From the NCBI RefSeq assembly GCF_000196355.1, contig NC_007614.1, forward strand, positions 660,001 to 692,000: 32,000 nucleotides of DNA, written 5' to 3'. The translations under genes were made by a program, and so were the position numbers. This document shows positions 18,293 to 24,313 of the stretch, piece by piece. Each line of letters opens with the position of its first letter. The stretch's first letter is position 1. Under the pieces are notes generated by a model that worked only from the letters and a program-made list of their open reading frames with translations, did no database searches and had not been told where the DNA came from. This DNA comes from Nitrosospira multiformis ATCC 25196. Its GTDB lineage: Bacteria; Pseudomonadota; Gammaproteobacteria; Burkholderiales; Nitrosomonadaceae.

Positions 18293-18319
18293 GGATGTGG
18301 ACCGACGAGGCCCACATCC
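18293..18319 (-). terminator. Stem-loop just downstream of the Gly-rich protein gene
   Basis: GGATGTGG (18293-18300) pairs with CCACATCC (18312-18319) across an 11-nt loop, 19 nt past the stop at 18338. There is no strong U-tract. Confidence 0.35.
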
Positions 18320-18337
18320 TAAATCCCTTACTGTAGT

Positions 18338-18694
18338 TTAGTACCCGCCTGATCCCCCTCCAGAGGCGCCGGTCCCAGCTGTTCCCCCGGCGCCCCCTGT
18401 CCCAGTTGTTCCTCCGGCCCCACCTGTCCCGGTTGTTCCTCCGGCGCCACTCGTGCCAGCTGTTCCCCCGGACCTGCCCGTCTCAGCTTTTCCGCCCGAG
18501 CCTCGTGTCCCGGACATTCCCGAGCCACCTGATCCCATTGATGAGCCCGAGCTCGCCCCGGGGTCTTGGCCAGACATTGCCCCGCCCACTCCTGTGCCAC
18601 TAGTTTGGGCATAAGCCAAGCTAGCTACTCCAGATATCAGGCCGGCAAGTAGGATGGAACGGATAGTGTTTTTTAAAAGGAAGATATCTTTCAT
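18338..18694 (-). CDS. Secreted Gly/Thr/Ser-rich low-complexity repeat protein
   Basis: 118 aa with an AGGAG 7 nt upstream of the ATG. The signal peptide ends in AYA|Q. The mature part is almost entirely G/S/T/A and includes the repeat GAGGTTGTG, encoded by 27-bp tandem repeats at about 18371-18478. Confidence 0.6.
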   Translation of the reverse strand: MKDIFLLKNTIRSILLAGLISGVASLAYAQTSGTGVGGAMSGQDPGASSGSSMGSGGSGMSGTRGSGGKAETGRSGGTAGTSGAGGTTGTGGAGGTTGTGGAGGTAGTGASGGGSGGY

Positions 18695-18824
18695 GATTGC
18701 TCCTTCATCTCAAATCAGCAAAATTGCTGGATTGAAATAATAGGCTTATGCTCAACTCGTTCCGTACGGTGACACGCATATAGCTTGTCTCAGGCAAGTT
18801 CTAGGAAAATATGGAAGCATGTGG

Positions 18825-19042
18825 CTAGAGTATCCGAATCCTTGCCTTAGCTAGGGCGGTAAACCAGTGATCGTTCAAGCACTCATCCCGAAACCGGCCA
18901 TTGAAGCTCTCAATGTACGCGTTTTGCGTAGGCTTGCCCGCCTCAACCAATTTGAGCTGGACGCCATTCTTCTAAGCCCACTGCCTCCATCTGCCTGCTT
19001 CAGAAAGCCAATAATTTGCTCATCCGTAAATCGCTTCTTCAC
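18825..19042 (-). mobile_element. IS3-family remnant with an internal deletion (orfA N-terminus joined to orfB C-terminus)
   Basis: My minus-strand translation reads GTG-KKRFTDEQIIGFLKQADGG, a typical IS3/IS407-type OrfA N-terminus. In another frame it continues ...VQLKLVEAGKPTQNAYIESFNGRFRDECLNDHWFTALAKARIRIL*, a typical IS3 integrase-core C-terminus. The roughly 1 kb normally between them is missing. Confidence 0.75.
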
Positions 19043-19199
19043 GGCCGTTCTCCTCTCGAGAAACGAACTTTACTAGATTCCAAATGGCACGTTTTATTGG
19101 GAGCACATCACTTCAGTTCGAAAAAGCGGGTATAAAAGGTTTTTTCTAAGTAGTATTTCTAGATAGGAAGCGGCTTTAGTAGAAGAATTACGGTTTAAC

Positions 19200-19565
19200 G
19201 TCTGTCTTGGATTTTTCTGGATTTACGCGGACAACGGTTTATTCCGGCAGGCCCGCCGCAAATCCGCACCACCACAGGCCGGCCGGGGCGAGAGCAGGCG
19301 TCCAGATATTGAGCGTCAAGCAGTCCCCGCTCGCGCCAACCAGCTGTGCAAGGCACTCCGCTATCCCTGTTGGATACGACACCCTGAGGTGACTTCGGCC
19401 CAAATGCGAGAGCATCACGCCCGCCACCTCAAGGTTCAACAAGCTGTGGAGGGTGTGGTTCGGGCCGAAGGGCGAGGCAGCGTAAGGCACACCCTTGAAA
19501 GTAGCCGCACCATCCCTGAGATGGCTCCCCGGTTTGCCATGAAGGGTTTCAACAACCGGATGCAT
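19200..19565 (-). pseudogene. Type-B carboxylesterase/lipase N-terminal fragment, frameshifted and truncated
   Basis: From ATG 19565 it reads MHPVVETLHGK...DGAATFKGVPYAASPFGP... and ...SGDCLTLNIWTP.... The middle matches the family only in a second frame (PEPHPPQLVEP*GGGRDALAFGPKSPQ) that contains an in-frame TGA. The expected ...PVxVWIHGG... segment appears only in a shifted frame (RPVVVRICGG), and the gene then ends. Confidence 0.7.
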
Positions 19566-19877
19566 ATCTATATCCTCGGAAAGGCATGATGTAGGGATCA
19601 CGAGGCGAGAAACACCTCTACCCAAACTATATCTCGATACCGTATCAAGCGGGAAAATGCGCACCGGATGATGTAGCGATACTCATGACTGCTCTGAATC
19701 TCCGGGGGAACTGCTGTAGTTAGGACTCAAGCTTCTTAATGCATAAGTAAAATATTATGATAACAATCAAAACCTGTGACTTTTATTTATAGTAATACTG
19801 GGTACAATGTTCCTATGGATGGCCGCCTCAGGATGGAGCGGCTTTCACTTCACCCATTTCATTGGAGCCTGCCTATC

Positions 19878-20273
19878 ATGGAAAAAGAAATAAGGAAGTT
19901 TTTAACATCCCTATCCATGCTGGGTCTGCTTGCCTCCTGCGCCGAGACCAGTACGCTCGAAGCAAGGAATGATAATGCGAGCATGGCCGGGCAAATCATC
20001 AGAACTTCCATCGACCACGACGAGCTTGCCAGGCGGTATGAAAGCCGGGCCAGGAAACTGTTGGAAATAGCAGCGGAACACGAGAAACGGCTCCAGTATC
20101 ACGAGGACAAAAGCCCTTCCTACGGGAGGCACGGGCAGGATTTCCAGTCTCACGCCATTCTAGTGCAAAAATACAAACGGGCGGCAGAGAAAGCCACCCA
20201 AGCTGCCTTTCACCATAGGATGGCATCGCAACCGGCAAAACGCGATTATATTGCTTCGATAGCGTTACATTGA
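19878..20273 (+). CDS. Hypothetical lipoprotein
   Basis: The start is at ATG 19878, with GGAG 10 nt upstream. The signal peptide and lipobox read MEKEIRKFLTSLSMLGLLASC|AE, and the mature part is helical and charged. I recognise no family. Confidence 0.55.
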   Translation: MEKEIRKFLTSLSMLGLLASCAETSTLEARNDNASMAGQIIRTSIDHDELARRYESRARKLLEIAAEHEKRLQYHEDKSPSYGRHGQDFQSHAILVQKYKRAAEKATQAAFHHRMASQPAKRDYIASIALH

Positions 20274-20395
20274 GCTGGATTGCCCCACGAACTCGCCAGT
20301 GAATCCTTGGTATCAATGGACAGCCAGGCGCCTGCTGCTTGAAACCTTCTCGGGCAGCTGGCTACAAGCTCGCTTTAACAAAGGAAAACCTACTA

Positions 20396-20773
20396 ATGAC
20401 ACGAGCGATTGTTTCCACTGTTGTTGCATTACTCGGTACGGGTATAGTCATATTGGGGTTTGCTGCGCTCCTGCGTCACACCGTCTTTTTCTATACAGCG
20501 GACGGATATATGTCCTCCCAAACGGCAGTAAGCTTGGGACTTATGAGAGTTGAGGAAGTCCCTCTTTCTGGCGGACTGGCTTTCAGGAAGACTGAGGACG
20601 GCGGTTATGACTTTAGGGAAGAAATGGCGAGAGCTTTTATTGATCCAACAAGCCACACGAACATCGACTTGGTTGCAGGCTGTGAAAGCCTTGGGAACTG
20701 TCGGTTGCGGAAGTGGCAGGGACGGATATATGTCACCCCAAACTGCAGTAAGCTTGGGACTTATGAGGGCTGA
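20396..20773 (+). CDS. Hypothetical single-TM protein whose 3' end is rewritten by a 220-bp tandem duplication
   Basis: From the internal ATG it reads MTRAIVSTVVALLGTGIVILGFAALL (TM helix), followed by the module DGYMSSQTAVSLGLMRVEEVPLSGG...GGYD. The second copy of that module is readable only in another frame (ORF 20550..20984). Confidence 0.4.
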   Translation: MTRAIVSTVVALLGTGIVILGFAALLRHTVFFYTADGYMSSQTAVSLGLMRVEEVPLSGGLAFRKTEDGGYDFREEMARAFIDPTSHTNIDLVAGCESLGNCRLRKWQGRIYVTPNCSKLGTYEG

Positions 20774-20870
20774 AGAAGCTCCTCTTCTGGGGAAACGGCT
20801 TTCAGGAAGAGTGGCTCAGGACGAGGGTTATGACCCAAACTTGGGTCACCGACAGTTGCGGCGCTCAGAT
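20501..20870. repeat. Tandem duplication with 220-bp period (copy A 20501-20720; copy B 20721 to about 20870, with an internal deletion)
   Basis: By-eye alignment of GACGGATATATGTC...GGTTATGAC (about 112 nt) at 20501 and 20721 gives roughly 85% identity. The tails share CTTGGG..GTTGCGG. Confidence 0.85.
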
Positions 20871-20996
20871 GGCCAGCAGCAACACGCCCAGTGCTTTCTC
20901 ACGGTGGAGGAAATACCGAGAAGAACAGGCGGGCCACTCGCTGGGGTGTTAGTCAACGATGCGAGCGTAGGCATCAGAACCTAGGCTCAGGACTCA

Positions 20997-21436
20997 TTAA
21001 TTGAGATAGAAGATGACAGTTGCGGCGATACAGATGGCAGAGAAGAAGGTATGGGCACAGCGGTCGTAACGCATGGCGATCCTGCGCCAGTCCTTGAGCC
21101 GAGCGAACATGTTCTCGATCCTGTGCCTTTGCCTGTAGAGGGTCTTGTCGTATTTGATCTGGATTTTGCGATTCCTTTTTGTCGGTATGCAGGGCGTCAT
21201 GCCTTTGGCACGCAACGCTGCCCGGAACCAGGCAGCGTCATAGCCGCGGTCTGCAATCAGGGTTTTGGCTTTGGGCAATGACGGCAGCAGCACACGTGCT
21301 CCCTTGTAATCGCTCATCTGCCCTTCGGACAGGAGCATGGCCACAGGCTTGCCCTGACCGTCGCAGACCACATGAAGCTTCGAGTTCAGGCCGCCCTTTG
21401 TGCGACCGATACGGCGGGGAACATCCCCTTTTTTAG
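20997..21436 (-). CDS. IS5-family transposase OrfB (DDE domain), expressed as an OrfAB fusion by -1 frameshift
   Basis: After a -1 shift the frame reads KKGDVPRRIGRTKGGLNSKLHVVCDGQGKPVAMLLSEGQMSDYKGA...IADRGYDAAWFR...YRQRHRIENMFARLKDWRRIAMRYDR. Confidence 0.85.
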
Positions 21437-21754
21437 CAGGCTGGCTGCCGTGCGGTGGGCCTTCAGATGCGTGGCGTCGATCATCAGCCTCTCGGGCGTT
21501 TCCTCTTTACCGGTCAGTTCCACAAAGATGCGGTTGAACACGCCCAGTCGGCTCCAGCGCACGAAACGGTTATACAGTGTCTTGTGCGGCCCGTATTCCC
21601 TGGGGGCATCCTTCCATTGCAGGCCATTCCGAATGACGTAGATGATCCCGCTGATCACCCGCAGATCATCAACACGGGGAACTCCGTGGGACAAGGGAAA
21701 ATAAGGTTTTATACGGTTGAACTGTGTTTCCGACAGGTAAAACAAATCTCTCAT
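21386..21754 (-). CDS. IS5-family transposase OrfA
   Basis: 122 aa reading MRDLFYLSETQFNRIKPYFPLSHGVPRVDDLRVISGIIYVIRNGLQWKDAP..YGP.KTLYNRFVRWS..GVF. Confidence 0.9.
   Translation of the reverse strand: MRDLFYLSETQFNRIKPYFPLSHGVPRVDDLRVISGIIYVIRNGLQWKDAPREYGPHKTLYNRFVRWSRLGVFNRIFVELTGKEETPERLMIDATHLKAHRTAASLLKKGMFPAVSVAQRAA
21428..21434 (-). promoter_or_regulatory. Programmed -1 ribosomal frameshift heptamer A AAA AAG
   Basis: The minus strand reads CTA AAA AAG GGG in the OrfA frame. Slipping to AAA AAA GGG joins OrfA to the DDE frame. Confidence 0.75.
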
Positions 21755-21849
21755 GGCAGCACCTCCGCCATAAGTGAATCACATTTGATCCTATTCGTGA
21801 ATCATGAAATTAATAGGTCCTGAACCTAGGAAGCTGCCTAGCGCGCCGC

Positions 21850-22080
21850 CTACAATTCCTCCGGCAATACCACCAACAATGGCACCCCAAAGGCCCCTCC
21901 TACTCCAAATCCCCTCTCAGTAGACCCCAATCCGCGCAATGAATCTGTTAACTTCTTTCCCGCACTTCCCGGTTATCCATAGGTCAACACATTCTTCAAG
22001 GTAGTTAATGACTGCGTTTGCCTCTCCGGCTTTCGCAGTCTATTTCTGGCCGTAATGATGTATTCAATCCTCCAGATCAA
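21850..22080 (-). pseudogene. RelE/ParE-family toxin remnant with a premature stop and replaced C-terminus
   Basis: TTG 22080 overlaps the end of the antitoxin gene. The translation is (M)IWRIEYIITARNRLRKPERQTQSLTTLKNVLTYG*PGSAGKKLTDSLRGLGSTERG... This fits the RelE/ParE pattern (IW.IEY..A...L.K......I...L..L...P...GK.L...L.GL.S.R.G) but carries an in-frame TAA at 21973-21975. The usual YR..Y...D catalytic tail is missing. Confidence 0.55.
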
Positions 22081-22291
22081 GGTCTTTCTTTATTTCTGCG
22101 GGGGGGTAAATTTTTTCCTTGCCTTTGCGCACGCGTTCGAGCACGTCAGCCGCGAGGAAGCAATCCTCCATCTCATCAAGCCCGCGTTCGATAATTTCCC
22201 GAAGATAGAAGGCCTTGGAACGTCCCGTCTGCGCGGCGAGGAAGTTCAACCGCTCCTCGATCTCGGGGGTAAGGCGAACTGAAGTGGGCAT
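22064..22291 (-). CDS. Ribbon-helix-helix (CopG/RelB-like) type II antitoxin
   Basis: 75 aa reading MPTSVRLTPEIEERLNFLAAQTGRSKAFYLREIIERGLDEMEDCFLAADVLERV... The N-terminal RHH beta-strand and helices are typical of antitoxins paired with RelE/ParE toxins. Confidence 0.8.
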   Translation of the reverse strand: MPTSVRLTPEIEERLNFLAAQTGRSKAFYLREIIERGLDEMEDCFLAADVLERVRKGKEKIYPPAEIKKDLDLED

Positions 22292-22435
22292 GGGTATTAT
22301 CCCTGGATGAAATACGGGTATTCATTGTATCTGAATTTCTGGTCTGACACTTTCTTGTCCATGAGCAGCAATAACAGGCTATATACCCTAGAATTAAAAA
22401 TGCCCGACAATGTCAAAGCCAAAAAGGGGGATGAA

Positions 22436-22630
22436 ATGATATATAAAGTTCTCATCACGCCTGTTGAGCCGTCTATTGATGATCGTCCTAATTTCAGCGG
22501 CCTTCTTGCCGATTATGAAATTGAAGCCAATTCGAAGACCGAGGCTGAAGAAATGGCCTTTATCCGGTTTTGCCAGGAGAGCCCCTTTCGCTCCCACAAT
22601 CGGGAAGATTATACGATCAGCGTGAACTGA
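22436..22630 (+). CDS. Small hypothetical protein (64 aa from ATG 22436; alternative ATG at 22400 or 22307)
   Basis: GGGGGA lies 5 nt upstream of ATG 22436. The region is AT-rich. The ORF is followed immediately by a 10-bp GC-rich stem-loop. I recognise no homology. Confidence 0.35.
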   Translation: MIYKVLITPVEPSIDDRPNFSGLLADYEIEANSKTEAEEMAFIRFCQESPFRSHNREDYTISVN

Positions 22631-22681
22631 GGCCGCCGGCTTGCGCTGCGTAAGGTGTCGACACGTATCGCGCCGGTGGCC
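22631..22681 (+). other. Strong GC-rich stem-loop directly after the small ORF
   Basis: GGCCGCCGGC (22631-22640) pairs with GCCGGTGGCC (22672-22681): 9 Watson-Crick pairs plus 1 G-U. The loop contains the palindrome GTGTCGACAC. No U-tract follows. Confidence 0.5.
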
Positions 22682-23235
22682 TGCGAGATGAGTGACGAGC
22701 CGCATTTGATTCTTCTGATCCCTTGATATTTCGGCAAGCCCGGAATACGGCATGGAGGGGAGAGAAGGGATGACAAGAGGAAGAAGGTGGCGGCGATCGC
22801 AGAGCAGGTTCCGGCTGACAATGATGCAGAACGTAATTTATCGGTCGTAGCCGCGTGGCTACCGCTTCCTGCTGTTCTGCCGGCTCCTGCTACGCGCATC
22901 ACGCGCTCTTGAAATTATCCTCTTGTAATTATCGCAACTACCCATATGTTATGTTCCTGACAGGAGGCAGGGAATCCCGGAAAGGACATCCCTCAGGTTG
23001 CCAAGGTATTGGCCGTAGTCATACGAGAGTTGGTTGCTTGTTGGTCGCCTCACGCAGGTGGGATGGGTAAGAAGTGTCGTCGGTGTAAAGGTGCCGCTCC
23101 GGATAACCGGGCGACAGGAATTTCTCCTGGTCACACACCATCGGCATAGCCGGATATGCCTCCTACGTTTGACTCGCTTGAGCTTGGAAGGTGGCAAAGA
23201 GGTTGCGAGGCGAGTGGTGGAGGGCAGGGCAATAA

Positions 23236-23262
23236 CTTGTTCGGGGACTCCTTAAGGTATAA
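23236..23262 (+). promoter_or_regulatory. Candidate promoter of the fmdB-like/DUF502/aspS unit
   Basis: A perfect TATAAT sits at 23257-23262. The nearest -35-like hexamer is TTGTTC at 23236-23241, giving a short 15-nt spacer. It lies 42 nt upstream of the ATG at 23304. Confidence 0.4.
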
Positions 23263-23303
23263 TCCCGTTTTTTTCGTTCAGCTTTCTTTGTTGGAGGATT
23301 GTC

Positions 23304-23597
23304 ATGCCGATCTATGAATACCGGTGTGGGTCTTGTGGTTTCGAAAAAGAATATCTGCAAAAGGTGAGCGATGCGCCGGTGGCGGCTTGTCCCGCCTGTG
23401 GCAGCGATGCGTTTAACAAACTTATTTCGGCTGCGGGTTTTCAATTGAAGGGCAGCGGCTGGTACGTCACCGATTTCAAGAACAAGAATGGCGGGCAGTC
23501 CAAGCCCAAGGCTGATGCGGATGCGTGCGTGGCGAAGAGCGAGAGCGCTCCCGCCGGGGATAGCGCATGCCCTGCTTGCACACCGATTGACGGGTGA
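23304..23597 (+). CDS. FmdB-family zinc-ribbon protein (CxxC_CxxC_SSSS)
   Basis: It reads MPIYEYRCGSCGFEKEYLQKVSDAPVAACPACGS..F.KLISAAGFQLKGSGWY. GGAGG lies 7 nt upstream. Confidence 0.85.
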   Translation: MPIYEYRCGSCGFEKEYLQKVSDAPVAACPACGSDAFNKLISAAGFQLKGSGWYVTDFKNKNGGQSKPKADADACVAKSESAPAGDSACPACTPIDG

Positions 23598-23618
23598 CGA
23601 ATCAGCCTCACTACTGAC

Positions 23619-24287
23619 ATGAAACGTTATTTCATCACCGGGCTGCTCATATGGGTACCTCTGGGTATTACTGCCTGGGCGTTGAAATTTCTGATCAGCA
23701 CCATGGACCAGTCCCTGTTGCTGCTGCCATCGAGCATGCGTCCCGAAAACCTCGTAGGCATCTATATTCCCGGCGTGGGCACGGTGCTGACGCTGCTGGT
23801 TGTTTTCCTTACCGGCATTTTCACCACCAACATCATCGGACAGCGGCTGGTGATTTTCTGGGAAGGCGTGTTATGGCGCATCCCTGTCGTGAAATCGATT
23901 TATTACGGCGTGAAGCAGGTCAGCGATACCCTGTTTTCAAGCCAGGGAGAAGCCTTTCGCAAGGCACTGCTGGTGCAGTATCCCCGTGAAGGCTCCTGGA
24001 CTATCGCCTTCATGACGGGATATCCAGGTGGCGACGTTGTCAATCACCTCACGGGAGAGTATGTGAGCGTCTACGTGCCGACCACGCCCAATCCGACCTC
24101 GGGCTTCTTTCTGATGATGCCGCGCAGCGATGTAATCGAGCTCGACATGAGCGTGGATGCGGCATTGAAATATATAATCTCGATGGGTGTCGTTACACCT
24201 CCCAACGGCAAGAAACCGGTGGAGCCGCAGGCAGCGCTGCTGCATCCGCAGGACTCCGTCAGTTCTGCATCGAGCGACAAGTCCTGA
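23619..24287 (+). CDS. DUF502 family membrane protein
   Basis: 222 aa starting MKRYFITGLLIWVPLGITAWALKFL..., with two N-terminal TM helices and a conserved soluble domain (...VKSIYYGVKQV...LVQYPREGSWTIAFMTG...). Confidence 0.85.
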   Translation: MKRYFITGLLIWVPLGITAWALKFLISTMDQSLLLLPSSMRPENLVGIYIPGVGTVLTLLVVFLTGIFTTNIIGQRLVIFWEGVLWRIPVVKSIYYGVKQVSDTLFSSQGEAFRKALLVQYPREGSWTIAFMTGYPGGDVVNHLTGEYVSVYVPTTPNPTSGFFLMMPRSDVIELDMSVDAALKYIISMGVVTPPNGKKPVEPQAALLHPQDSVSSASSDKS

Positions 24288-24313
24288 TTCCTTTTTTCTG
24301 ATTACCGATCTCC

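Larger units (their letters stand above)
20981..21829 (-). mobile_element. IS5-family insertion sequence (IS427/IS1031-like), apparently intact
   Basis: The terminal inverted repeats are GGCTCAGGACTCATTAATT (left) and GGTTCAGGACCTATTAATT (reverse complement of the right end). Both are embedded in the palindrome CCTAGG (20980-20985 and 21825-21830). The element has two overlapping transposase ORFs with an A6G slippery site and is about 0.84 kb long. Confidence 0.9.

Noticed and set aside
19191-19203. 13-bp exact copy of the ychF 3' end (CGGTTTAACGTCT, also at 18048-18060) as a possible att-like direct repeat flanking an insert
   Set aside because: By rough estimate, several 13-mer coincidences are expected by chance within 32 kb. 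The match does not extend, and no integrase is present. It covers only part of the island.
21826-21935. Glycine-zipper small ORF on the minus strand interrupted by the IS, considered as a feature call
   Set aside because: There is no start codon, because an in-frame TGA lies immediately upstream. The region also overlaps the tail of the RelE-like remnant in another frame. I kept it only as a remark in a finding.
22900-23260. Possible RNase P RNA or another known housekeeping ncRNA on the minus strand
   Set aside because: GATAACCGGGCGACAG loosely resembles the reverse complement of the ACAGAACCCGGCUUAUC region, and the size is about right. However, the universally conserved GGAAAGUCCGGGC block and the P4 partner are absent. 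I also saw no tmRNA, SRP, 6S or cobalamin-riboswitch hallmarks.
23241-23273. Intrinsic terminator (CGGGG..16 nt..TCCCG followed by T7) that would end an upstream ncRNA
   Set aside because: The stem is only 5 bp including a G-U, and the loop is 16 nt. The loop also contains a perfect TATAAT box positioned correctly for the downstream operon, so a promoter reading is at least as likely.
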